A stretch of DNA of 22,195 bases from the NCBI GenBank assembly GCA_938015405.1, contig CALLPZ010000256.1:1-22195 (forward strand). Reading direction: 5' to 3'. The notes under the pieces are model-generated. The model saw only the letters and a program-made list of their open reading frames with translations, was not told where the DNA came from and did no database searches. Source of the stretch: an uncultured Pseudanabaenaceae cyanobacterium. GTDB lineage: Bacteria; Cyanobacteriota; Cyanobacteriia; PCC-9006; JAAUQQ01. Shown piece by piece: positions 16,269 to 22,195 of this stretch (position 1 is its first letter; each line of letters starts with the position of its first letter). Made by a program: the position numbers and the translations under genes.

Positions 16269-17534
16269 CTAATCAATGATCGCCGGAGCCAGAGGCGCTC
16301 TTGGCCTTCCCCCACCACCAATACGATTGGGACCATTGTTATCCACAACATGGAGTGAATTCATAATCAACCGCAGGTCTTGCTCCCAGGGATGACCAAT
16401 CCGCTGCTTCCAGCCAAATTTCCAATCCCGTTCGAAGGAGCGGAGAACATTACCTCGGGGCGATCGCTCCACCGCCAGACCATAGAACTGCCAGGCCGTG
16501 TCATCCACCACATAGGCGCCATAGTCTTGCATGGTGCGGGCCACAATCTTGCCAGGCTCTGTTTTCAATTGGTCAATATCAAAATCTGGTTTGAGGGCCA
16601 GCAAGGCTCCCATTTCTAGTTCGGGAACAGTGCCACCATATTCCTCTGCCGCATAGCTATCCGCCACAGTGGCAGGCCAGCGATAACCATTGGTGCCATC
16701 CTGGTTATAGGCGATGTGGTGCTTGGCCCAGATGATGACTTTGAGGGCATGGGGAATCACTTTTTTCCCCGGTGCTAACTCTCCCACACGGATCGTGCCG
16801 CCCAGACTGGATAGTCGGCTGCCGCCATGGGCACCGGAAATGCCGGGACCATAGATATCCACAAAGGGAGCATCCGTCTGCTGATCACCAAAGTCATATT
16901 GCGACGTGGCATAGTTGTATCCACTACAGCGATGAAAGGGCTGGGTTTGATACAGCGATCGCCCATCCGCCAGTAAGATTGCCGCCGCATTATTGGGCGT
17001 AGTCCATTGTTCATGGTCAACGGAGAACCAGGGCGGAATCGGGACCTCGATCAATTTTCTGCCTTCCTTCTCGCAGCGCGCCTGGCCTTTTTCTAGGGCG
17101 GCTCGCGACCAACCTTTGAAATTCTCATAGACCGGTGTCAGCGGTGCCCTGGGCTCCATCACAATGATGTCTTCGTCCACGCCAGGCGTACTTTCTGGGC
17201 GGATCTGAATGCCTGATGGGACATACTTAGCCCTCCGTCCAATCGGCATATTCCAAATGCTATCGCAAGAGAAGGGCTGCAAAAGTTTGCTGCGCCGGCC
17301 CGGCCCACAGCCAGCCTGAGCCACGAGGGTTTTAGAACGAGCAAGGGACTGAGCAACAGCATCGCTGGAGCTGCGATCCACGGTTGTGCGGCAGGCTTGC
17401 AACACAAGCGCCCCCAGCAGCAAGGTTATCCCGGTTCGCCATAAAGACTTCAACTTCAAATCGACTCCAATCCCGTTTAAAGAATTCAATAAAAGCAACC
17501 CATATGGCCTTAGCCTAGACAACACAAAGGGCAA
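16269..17534 (-). CDS. secreted or lipid-anchored protein of unknown function (possible carbohydrate-active enzyme)
   Basis: 421 aa. The signal/lipobox region is ...LKLKSLWRTGITLLLGALVLQAC. In-frame TTG codons at 17459 and 17453 would give a classical signal peptide MKLKSLWRTGITLLLGALVLQAC, so the true start may lie downstream of the ATG at 17534. The mature part is rich in aromatic and Gly residues, with no motif I can assign. Confidence 0.5.
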   Translation of the reverse strand: MPFVLSRLRPYGLLLLNSLNGIGVDLKLKSLWRTGITLLLGALVLQACRTTVDRSSSDAVAQSLARSKTLVAQAGCGPGRRSKLLQPFSCDSIWNMPIGRRAKYVPSGIQIRPESTPGVDEDIIVMEPRAPLTPVYENFKGWSRAALEKGQARCEKEGRKLIEVPIPPWFSVDHEQWTTPNNAAAILLADGRSLYQTQPFHRCSGYNYATSQYDFGDQQTDAPFVDIYGPGISGAHGGSRLSSLGGTIRVGELAPGKKVIPHALKVIIWAKHHIAYNQDGTNGYRWPATVADSYAAEEYGGTVPELEMGALLALKPDFDIDQLKTEPGKIVARTMQDYGAYVVDDTAWQFYGLAVERSPRGNVLRSFERDWKFGWKQRIGHPWEQDLRLIMNSLHVVDNNGPNRIGGGGRPRAPLAPAIID

Positions 17535-17588
17535 GCTGCCAACTCTGGGTCAAGCCTTTAAGAAATCTGCATACCGCATTTCCCTGCG

Positions 17589-18500
17589 ATGAAGACCTGC
17601 GCAACTCCCTCCACTCCAACAACTGCGACTTCGGTAGTGGCGACAACAAACTCAGATGGGAAGTTGGGTGGGAAACTGCTCCCAGCTAGCGCCCCCCTCT
17701 CATCCAATCAAGCTGGAAATCCAATCTTACTGGACCAATTGATTGCAGATGGTTTGGGCAAGTTACTGAGCTATCCCCAGGGTGATACCGCAACAATCCA
17801 ACAGCGTCTGGCCTGGCTCAAGGAACAAGGTATCGATAGCGTTTATCCCTACGGTCCCAAACCCATCGATGGATTTCATGTCTTGGGCTTGGGATATGGC
17901 GGGCTAGTGATGTTAGTAGATCATAACAATTCTCACTGCGCCATCAAGCTTCGACGCAGTGATTCTCCCAGCACCAGCTTTCGGGCTGAAGCGGAGGCGA
18001 TCGCCACTGCAAACACCCTCAAAATTGGCCCGCAGCTCATTAGCCACAGCGACGACTGCCTGCTGATGGAATACCTAGCTGGCCCTAGGTTTATCGACTG
18101 GCTCCATAGTTCTGCTGCCACCTTCGAGACCACTTGGGCCATACTTCAATCCCTGCTGGAGCAAGCTTTCCACCTCGACCAGGCTGGGCTAGACCATGGC
18201 GACCTGCGCTGCATCACCGAACATGTCCACATTGAGACGAGCCTCCACGGCCCCCGTCCCGTTTTGATTGACTTTGGTAAGGTCAGCCGAGACCGTCGCC
18301 CGTCCAATGTCACGACGTTGACCCAGGGACTATTCCTCAGCACTACGATTGCTCGGACCATCAGTAATCGATTTGCGGGGACGGTTTTGGACTGTCAGCA
18401 AGCGCCGAGGCGATCGCAACTCATCAGCCTGCTAAGAAACTACAAAAATAATCCCTGTCACAAGGCTCACAAAATACTGCTAAGTTTCCTTACGCCGTAG
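17589..18500 (+). CDS. atypical protein-kinase-like fold protein (RIO/Bud32/Kdo-kinase-like)
   Basis: 303 aa. Gly-rich loop GLGYGGLVMLV, VAIK-like lysine in CAIKLRR, hinge LLMEYLAG, catalytic-loop-like LDHGDLR, and DFG (VLIDFGKVS). It lacks the eukaryotic-type HRDLKxxN motif. N-terminal 90 residues are low complexity. Confidence 0.5.
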   Translation: MKTCATPSTPTTATSVVATTNSDGKLGGKLLPASAPLSSNQAGNPILLDQLIADGLGKLLSYPQGDTATIQQRLAWLKEQGIDSVYPYGPKPIDGFHVLGLGYGGLVMLVDHNNSHCAIKLRRSDSPSTSFRAEAEAIATANTLKIGPQLISHSDDCLLMEYLAGPRFIDWLHSSAATFETTWAILQSLLEQAFHLDQAGLDHGDLRCITEHVHIETSLHGPRPVLIDFGKVSRDRRPSNVTTLTQGLFLSTTIARTISNRFAGTVLDCQQAPRRSQLISLLRNYKNNPCHKAHKILLSFLTP

Positions 18501-18575
18501 TATCATCTGCTCGATCCATCGCTTGAATGGGATCGAAAACCCTCACGTTTGTTCTGAATTCAATAAGGATTTGGC

Positions 18576-19013
18576 ATGGCTATCGTAGAGATTGAAGACC
18601 TCCGCGAAAAACGCATCGCAACTGAAGTTCTCATTGATACAGAAACCGATGAAGAACGGGCAACTGCTTGGTACTACTACCTGGATGGCAAGGTCACCTT
18701 TCCCTTTCAAGCAACCCTAGAAGGGGATGATGATGTAGAGGTGATCTCCTTGGCAGTGGAGGAGGATTGCCTCGATGAAATGAAGATGGAGGTGCGCCAC
18801 AGTGATAGCTTTGGCGAGGAACCTTTTACAGCGATCGTCATGGAGCTAGAGCCCTTAGATGCCGATGACGATAGCACTGAGGCCATTGAAGACTGGCAGT
18901 ACTGGATAGAGCGGGGCAACCGCTTAAATGAGCCAGAGGAGAGCCAGGTGGATGATTTCCCAGATGATGACTTGGATGATGAGGATGATGTTGACATCAA
19001 TGAGGATGATTAA
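18576..19013 (+). CDS. highly acidic hypothetical protein
   Basis: 145 aa, of which 52 are Asp/Glu and only 8 Lys/Arg. The C-terminus is DDFPDDDLDDEDDVDINEDD. No enzymatic motif recognised. Confidence 0.55.
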   Translation: MAIVEIEDLREKRIATEVLIDTETDEERATAWYYYLDGKVTFPFQATLEGDDDVEVISLAVEEDCLDEMKMEVRHSDSFGEEPFTAIVMELEPLDADDDSTEAIEDWQYWIERGNRLNEPEESQVDDFPDDDLDDEDDVDINEDD

Positions 19014-19032
19014 AGTCAGCGCTGTAGATTTT

Positions 19033-19063
19033 TTGTAGTATTTACTAGCGATTTGTACTACAA
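19033..19063. promoter_or_regulatory. 8-bp inverted repeat TTGTAGTA(19033-19040)/TACTACAA(19056-19063), candidate operator or promoter for the downstream tRNA-like cluster
   Basis: Perfect 8-bp IR 20 nt after the acidic-protein stop and about 130 nt upstream of the tRNA-like gene. The arms also read as TTGTAG, 17-nt spacer, TACTAC, a sigma-70-like -35/-10 arrangement. Confidence 0.25.
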
Positions 19064-19194
19064 GGCGTTATCTTGAAGTTGGATCGTAAGGTTGCTGCGC
19101 GGCAGCGGCTCAGGTTCTGTATACCTGTCTGGCACGCCAAGCTTTGCTTCGGCGCGTACCGCCAACCACAATTCAAGCGAACCACCAAAACACC

Positions 19195-19279
19195 GCACGA
19201 TTAGCTTAGTGGCCTAAAGCATCCGTCCGACTGTTGTCGTGACGGAGGATCGTAGGTTCGACTCCTACATCGCGCTCCA
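19195..19279 (+). tRNA. tRNA-like gene with non-canonical anticodon arm (no 7-nt anticodon loop); possible tRNA mimic or pseudogene
   Basis: Manual cloverleaf: acceptor GCACGAT/ATCGCGC (one A-C mismatch), U8A9, D-arm GCTT-AGTGGCCTA-AAGC, 5-nt variable loop GGATC, T-arm GTAGG-TTCGACT-CCTAC, discriminator T, encoded CCA. The anticodon position is occupied by a 25-nt hairpin TCCGTC-CGAC-tgtt-GTCG-t-GACGGA, which is 10 bp plus one bulge and a tetraloop. Confidence 0.4.
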
Positions 19280-19281
19280 AC

Positions 19282-19356
19282 TGAAAGTTAGCTCACTGGT
19301 AGAGCATCAGACTCATAATCTGCTTGTAACAGGTTCGATTCCTGTACTTTTCACCA
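19282..19356 (+). tRNA. tRNA-Met or tRNA-Ile2 (anticodon CAU)
   Basis: Manual fold: U8A9, D-arm GCTC-ACTGGTA-GAGC, anticodon arm TCAGA-CTCATAA-TCTGC (U33, CAU, A37), 5-nt variable loop, T-arm ACAGG-TTCGATT-CCTGT, discriminator A, encoded CCA. The acceptor stem is AU-rich with a mismatched 1:72 (T-C) and one GU pair. Starts 2 nt after the CCA of the preceding tRNA-like gene. Confidence 0.6.
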
Positions 19357-19368
19357 CCCCGCCCTGGG

Positions 19369-19498
19369 TATGGGCAACTGATTTGGGATCAGTCAACGCC
19401 TTTTAAGCGTTAAACGCCTTCCACGCGTTCCGAGGCGAAAGCCTCGACCTTTGGTAAAGCGGAGTAATCCGCTGTGGTTCGAATCCACATCTTTTAAG
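19369..19498 (+). ncRNA. structured tRNA-related RNA element (tRNA-Lys-like anticodon hairpin + two GNRA hairpins + T-arm), not a canonical tRNA
   Basis: D-arm-like CTGA-TTTGGGA-TCAG (19378-19392). Hairpin AACGC-CTTTTAA-GCGTT (19395-19411) has the anticodon-loop form of tRNA-Lys(UUU). GNRA-capped hairpins GAGGC-GAAA-GCCTC (19431-19444) and GCGGA-GTAA-TCCGC (19459-19472). T-arm TGTGG-TTCGAAT-CCACA (19473-19489). No complementary acceptor strands. 8-nt direct repeat CTTTTAAG at 19400-19407 and 19491-19498. Confidence 0.25.
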
Positions 19499-19851
19499 AC
19501 CCCACAATACTCAGTTCAGTGGCATAGGCAAGATGAACCTGCTTCGGCGGGAATATCAAACCTGTACCGCAGCAGTTGAGGGCTTGCGCGATCGCGACGC
19601 GAGCTTCCAAAAGAATTGCCCTCTCTTCTAGCTTGAGTCTGTTCTTCTAATATTCCATCTTGCTGCCTTGCGAGGCAGTGGGAACGAGTCCCAAGAACGA
19701 CAGATTTGTTTGATGAATTTGCCAAGCTGTCCTACGGGTCATGGAGGCAGAAGCATTCAGGCTTAATCCAGCTAGGGAGAAGCGATTTCGACAGAAGCTT
19801 GCTTTGCGATCGCCCGCCCAACCCTGTGAACAAGAGCCATTGTGGGGTCTT
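19496..19851. repeat. 13-bp perfect inverted repeats (AAGACCCCACAAT / ATTGTGGGGTCTT) flanking a 330-bp ORF-free segment; MITE-like or recombination-site-like
   Basis: Left arm at 19496-19508, right arm at 19839-19851 followed by TTTTT. The interior has no credible ORF, carries two HIP1 sites and a CTGCCT-TGCG-AGGCAG hairpin (19664-19679). Confidence 0.4.
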
Positions 19852-19975
19852 TTTGATTTCATGTAGCGTGCATACTACATTTTGTGCTACATTCAATTCA
19901 GTGATGAGTCTCCAAGCGTGCTGAGAAATCCAGCGTTGCATCGCTGTCGCTCTCCAGAGGAGAGGAGAAGAAATA

Positions 19976-21496
19976 ATGTTCAGAACCTTTTACATCAAAC
20001 CCAGCGAGCGGGGCATTCTTTACCACCGCAGCGATTTTAAGCGCGTCCTGCGTCCCGGCACCCACCGTTTCTTAGGCTGGCATTGGCAGGTCAAGAAGTT
20101 CGATCTCAACCAGCCCAAAGCTAAGCTGGACAATCCTGAGCTACTTCTGCAAAACCACAATGTCCAGATCCGCCAGCATTTCCATGTGGTGCGAACCGGC
20201 TTTAACGAGGCCGCACTGGTGCGAACCGGACAGCGCTGGCTGCTGGTCAGTCCAGACCAATTGCTGCTGTTTTGGCGAGGCTTTGTAGAGGTCGAAGTCT
20301 TTCAGTTCAACCTGGAGGAAAGCCGTGAGTTGCCTCAAAAATTGGCTCAGCAACCGCATGGAAACTTTACTGGCCTCAAGCAGGTTAGCATCGCCGAGTT
20401 TGAGATTGGTCTGCTCTATGTGGATGACAACTTTGTTCGCCCCCTAGAGCCTGGCGACTACGGGTTTTGGACCTACCGTCGCAAGGTGGAGGTGCGCAGC
20501 CTAAACCGCACCCAGCCCAATCCTGTCTTCCCTTTTGAGGATGTGCTGATTGCTCAGCATCCCCAGTTTGTGGCGGACTACTGCACGGCAGTGGAGCTGG
20601 GGGCAGATGAGGTGGCCATTGTGCGGTACAAGGGAAAGGCGATCGCGGTCCTGCCGCCCCACAGCCGCAAGCTGTTTTGGCAAGATGCTGCAGTAGAAAC
20701 CATCAACGTTCAAGCTGAGCCTAAGCTGCCCCAGCGCCTAGTGTCTGAGTTTGTCTCAGGCTCATCCACCGCCATGGCCCTAGCCCTGGACCACATCCAC
20801 GCCCTAGAGGTGTCTGCACAACATGTAGGCCTGCTTTACCTAGATGGCGCTTTGCAAGAGACGCTATCGGCGGGCATTCATGTCTGGTGGGAGTTTGGTC
20901 GCAGCTTTAAGAGCGAAGCGATCGATCTGCGATTGCAAAGCCTAGAGGTTTCGGGTCAGGAGATCTTGTCTAAGGACAAGGTGCCCCTGCGCTTGAACCT
21001 AACGGCGGATTACCGTGTGGTGGATGCGGTACAGGCCCGGACAGCGCTGAAGGATATTGCAGGTTTCCTGTACAAGGAACTGCAATTTGCCCTGCGCGGT
21101 GCAGTGGGGACGAAGAACCTAGATGCTTTGCTGGAGGATAAGGGAGCGATCGACCAGGCCATTTCTGAGTACATGGCGGAGAAGGTTCCGGCCTACGGTT
21201 TGGAGCTACGTTCTGTCGGCGTCAAAGACATTATCTTGCCCGGTGAAATCAAGGCGATTTTGGGTCAAGTGGTAGCGGCAGAGAAATCGGCCCAGGCCAA
21301 TGTGATCCGCCGCCGCGAGGAAACTGCTGCCACGCGCAGTATGCTCAACACTGCCAAGGTGATGGAGGACAATCCCATTGCGCTGCGGCTGAAGGAGCTG
21401 GAGGTGCTGGAGCGCATCGCGGAGAAGATCGAGCAGATTAATGTAAATGGCAGCTTGGACAGTATCTTGACTGAGTTGATTAGCATTAAGCAGTAG
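19976..21496 (+). CDS. SPFH (band-7/stomatin/HflK-C-like) domain protein with reiterated N-terminal SPFH-type segments
   Basis: 506 aa. The C-terminal 200 aa form a clear SPFH domain and coiled coil (LRLNLTADYRVVDAVQARTALKDIAGFLYKELQFALRGAVG...ILPGEIKAILGQVVAAEKSAQANVIRRREETAA...LKELEVLERIAEKIE). The N-terminal 300 aa contain three further copies of the SPFH opening beta-segment pattern (IKPSERGILYHRSDFKRVLRPGTHRF; VSIAEFEIGLLYVDDNFVRPLEPGDYGF; VAIVRYKGKAIAVLPPHSRKLFW). No N-terminal TM helix. Confidence 0.8.
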   Translation: MFRTFYIKPSERGILYHRSDFKRVLRPGTHRFLGWHWQVKKFDLNQPKAKLDNPELLLQNHNVQIRQHFHVVRTGFNEAALVRTGQRWLLVSPDQLLLFWRGFVEVEVFQFNLEESRELPQKLAQQPHGNFTGLKQVSIAEFEIGLLYVDDNFVRPLEPGDYGFWTYRRKVEVRSLNRTQPNPVFPFEDVLIAQHPQFVADYCTAVELGADEVAIVRYKGKAIAVLPPHSRKLFWQDAAVETINVQAEPKLPQRLVSEFVSGSSTAMALALDHIHALEVSAQHVGLLYLDGALQETLSAGIHVWWEFGRSFKSEAIDLRLQSLEVSGQEILSKDKVPLRLNLTADYRVVDAVQARTALKDIAGFLYKELQFALRGAVGTKNLDALLEDKGAIDQAISEYMAEKVPAYGLELRSVGVKDIILPGEIKAILGQVVAAEKSAQANVIRRREETAATRSMLNTAKVMEDNPIALRLKELEVLERIAEKIEQINVNGSLDSILTELISIKQ

Positions 21497-21568
21497 GCTT
21501 GGGCTGTCTCGGTCCTCGGCAAGGCGAGCGCCGCGAACGGGATCTCATTGTGAACACGATCGCCTCGC

Positions 21569-22195
21569 TCAATCGCTCCGCTCCAACAGCTGAAGGGCTG
21601 TCTGTTCACCCATACCTGTATTAGCAACTCCTGCTAATATCCTGCCATCAGAATTGATGGCGATCGTCCTAAGATTTTGCTCACTTAACTCCCCTTGGGG
21701 TCGAGCCCATTTGAAGTCCCAGGTCGCAAGGACGCCATTGGCTTGACCCAGCACCTGGGCATCACTCACTGCTATGGCACCCTGGGGAAAGGAGCGGCGA
21801 GAGTAGTCCATTTCTCCCTCCGCTTGAAGCCTACCCTGGCTCAGGTCCCAAACTTTGAGGCGAGTTTCAAATTTGCGCCAGCCATTGTCATGTTGAGAGA
21901 CCGCGATTTTTCCGTTGGGGCTGATGGCTACTTTGCCGATGTGAGACCAGTGGGCGTTGTGGGGCAGCTTGACCTGTTGGTCGGTCTCTAAATTCCAGGC
22001 CAGCAGGTCGTTGTCTTGTTGGATGATGGCAACCTGGCCTGGATCATTAATACCCAGAACTCGACTGTAGGGGCCGGTGGTTACAGTTGTCTCGATGGGA
22101 CCGAGTTTGATGAGTTTGGGTTCACGCTTGAGCCGTTCTGTAAGCAGTTCTCCAGTGGAGAGATCCCACTGTTTCAACTCGTTAAAGCTTGAACT
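21569..22195 (-). CDS. WD40/beta-propeller repeat protein (5'-partial, continues beyond window end)
   Basis: Frame is open to the window edge. Repeated WDL/VWDL blade signatures (KVWDLSQG, ATWDF, QWDLSTG, LAWNL) and spacing typical of WD40 blades. Confidence 0.7.
   Translation of the reverse strand, partial: SSSFNELKQWDLSTGELLTERLKREPKLIKLGPIETTVTTGPYSRVLGINDPGQVAIIQQDNDLLAWNLETDQQVKLPHNAHWSHIGKVAISPNGKIAVSQHDNGWRKFETRLKVWDLSQGRLQAEGEMDYSRRSFPQGAIAVSDAQVLGQANGVLATWDFKWARPQGELSEQNLRTIAINSDGRILAGVANTGMGEQTALQLLERSD

Noticed and set aside
19369-19498. Canonical type-II (long variable arm) tRNA for the third element
   Set aside because: The candidate 5' strands (TATGGGC, TTAAACG) do not pair with the 3' strand next to the T-arm (TCTTTTA/CTTTTAA). 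The segment between the anticodon-like stem and the T-arm is 61 nt, which is far beyond any variable arm.
19195-19498. tRNA genes encoded on the minus strand (because TTCGAA T-loops are near-palindromic)
   Set aside because: Reverse-complement reading gives no D-arm (no GG-containing loop at the right distance) and no CCA or acceptor pairing. Plus-strand folds are much better.
19195-19500. tmRNA (ssrA), one-piece or permuted, as explanation for the clustered T-arm motifs
   Set aside because: There is no GGGG-type 5' acceptor start and no pseudoknot series. I also find no resume-codon reading frame ending in the usual hydrophobic ...AA tag. The only in-frame peptide I can read (ATDLGSVNAF*) does not resemble cyanobacterial tags.
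1-22195. CRISPR arrays, rRNA genes, transposase or integrase genes
   Set aside because: I found no regularly spaced direct repeats of 25-40 nt, no rRNA-like conserved blocks and no ORF with transposase or integrase motifs. The only mobile-element-like signal is the IR pair at 19496-19851.

Overview
This 22.2-kb window looks like cyanobacterial chromosomal DNA. I count about 27 copies of the HIP1 octamer GCGATCGC, and it carries a phycocyanobilin:ferredoxin oxidoreductase gene and a cyanobacterial-type LexA. Most of the window is ordinary core genes: argF, lexA, a GNAT acetyltransferase, a UvrD-family helicase, a tatA plus tatB-like pair, pcyA, a PPK2 polyphosphate kinase, rtcB, an SPFH-domain protein and a partial WD40 protein. 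Two regions stand out. (1) At 8.5-13.7 kb there is a compact synthase-dependent exopolysaccharide module. A HlyD-type membrane-fusion protein and a processive GT2 synthase (NodC/HasA/Alg8-like motifs, with an extra C-terminal domain) sit in one minus-strand operon. Their 3' end meets, 12 bp away, a lipoprotein gene that resembles the concanavalin-like polysaccharide-lyase (PL14-like) family, which is preceded by a small membrane protein. This reads like an alginate/hyaluronan/cellulose-style synthase, periplasmic adaptor and lyase set for an uncharacterised polymer. (2) At 19.2-19.9 kb there is an unusual non-coding cluster. It starts with a near-perfect class-I tRNA body whose anticodon arm is replaced by a 10-bp stem capped by a tetraloop, so it has no anticodon loop. 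Two nucleotides later comes a tRNA-Met/Ile2(CAU) gene. Then follows a roughly 130-nt structured segment with a tRNA-Lys-like anticodon hairpin, two GNRA-capped hairpins and a T-arm motif, flanked by 8-bp direct repeats. After that a pair of 13-bp perfect inverted repeats encloses a 330-bp ORF-free segment. Other points are noted below: a 42-codon ORF that the ORF track missed, a divergent TatB-like protein, an SPFH protein with reiterated N-terminal segments, an orphan rtcB, and a secreted protein/bicupin pair. All family assignments come from motif recognition by eye and from memory. No database search was run.
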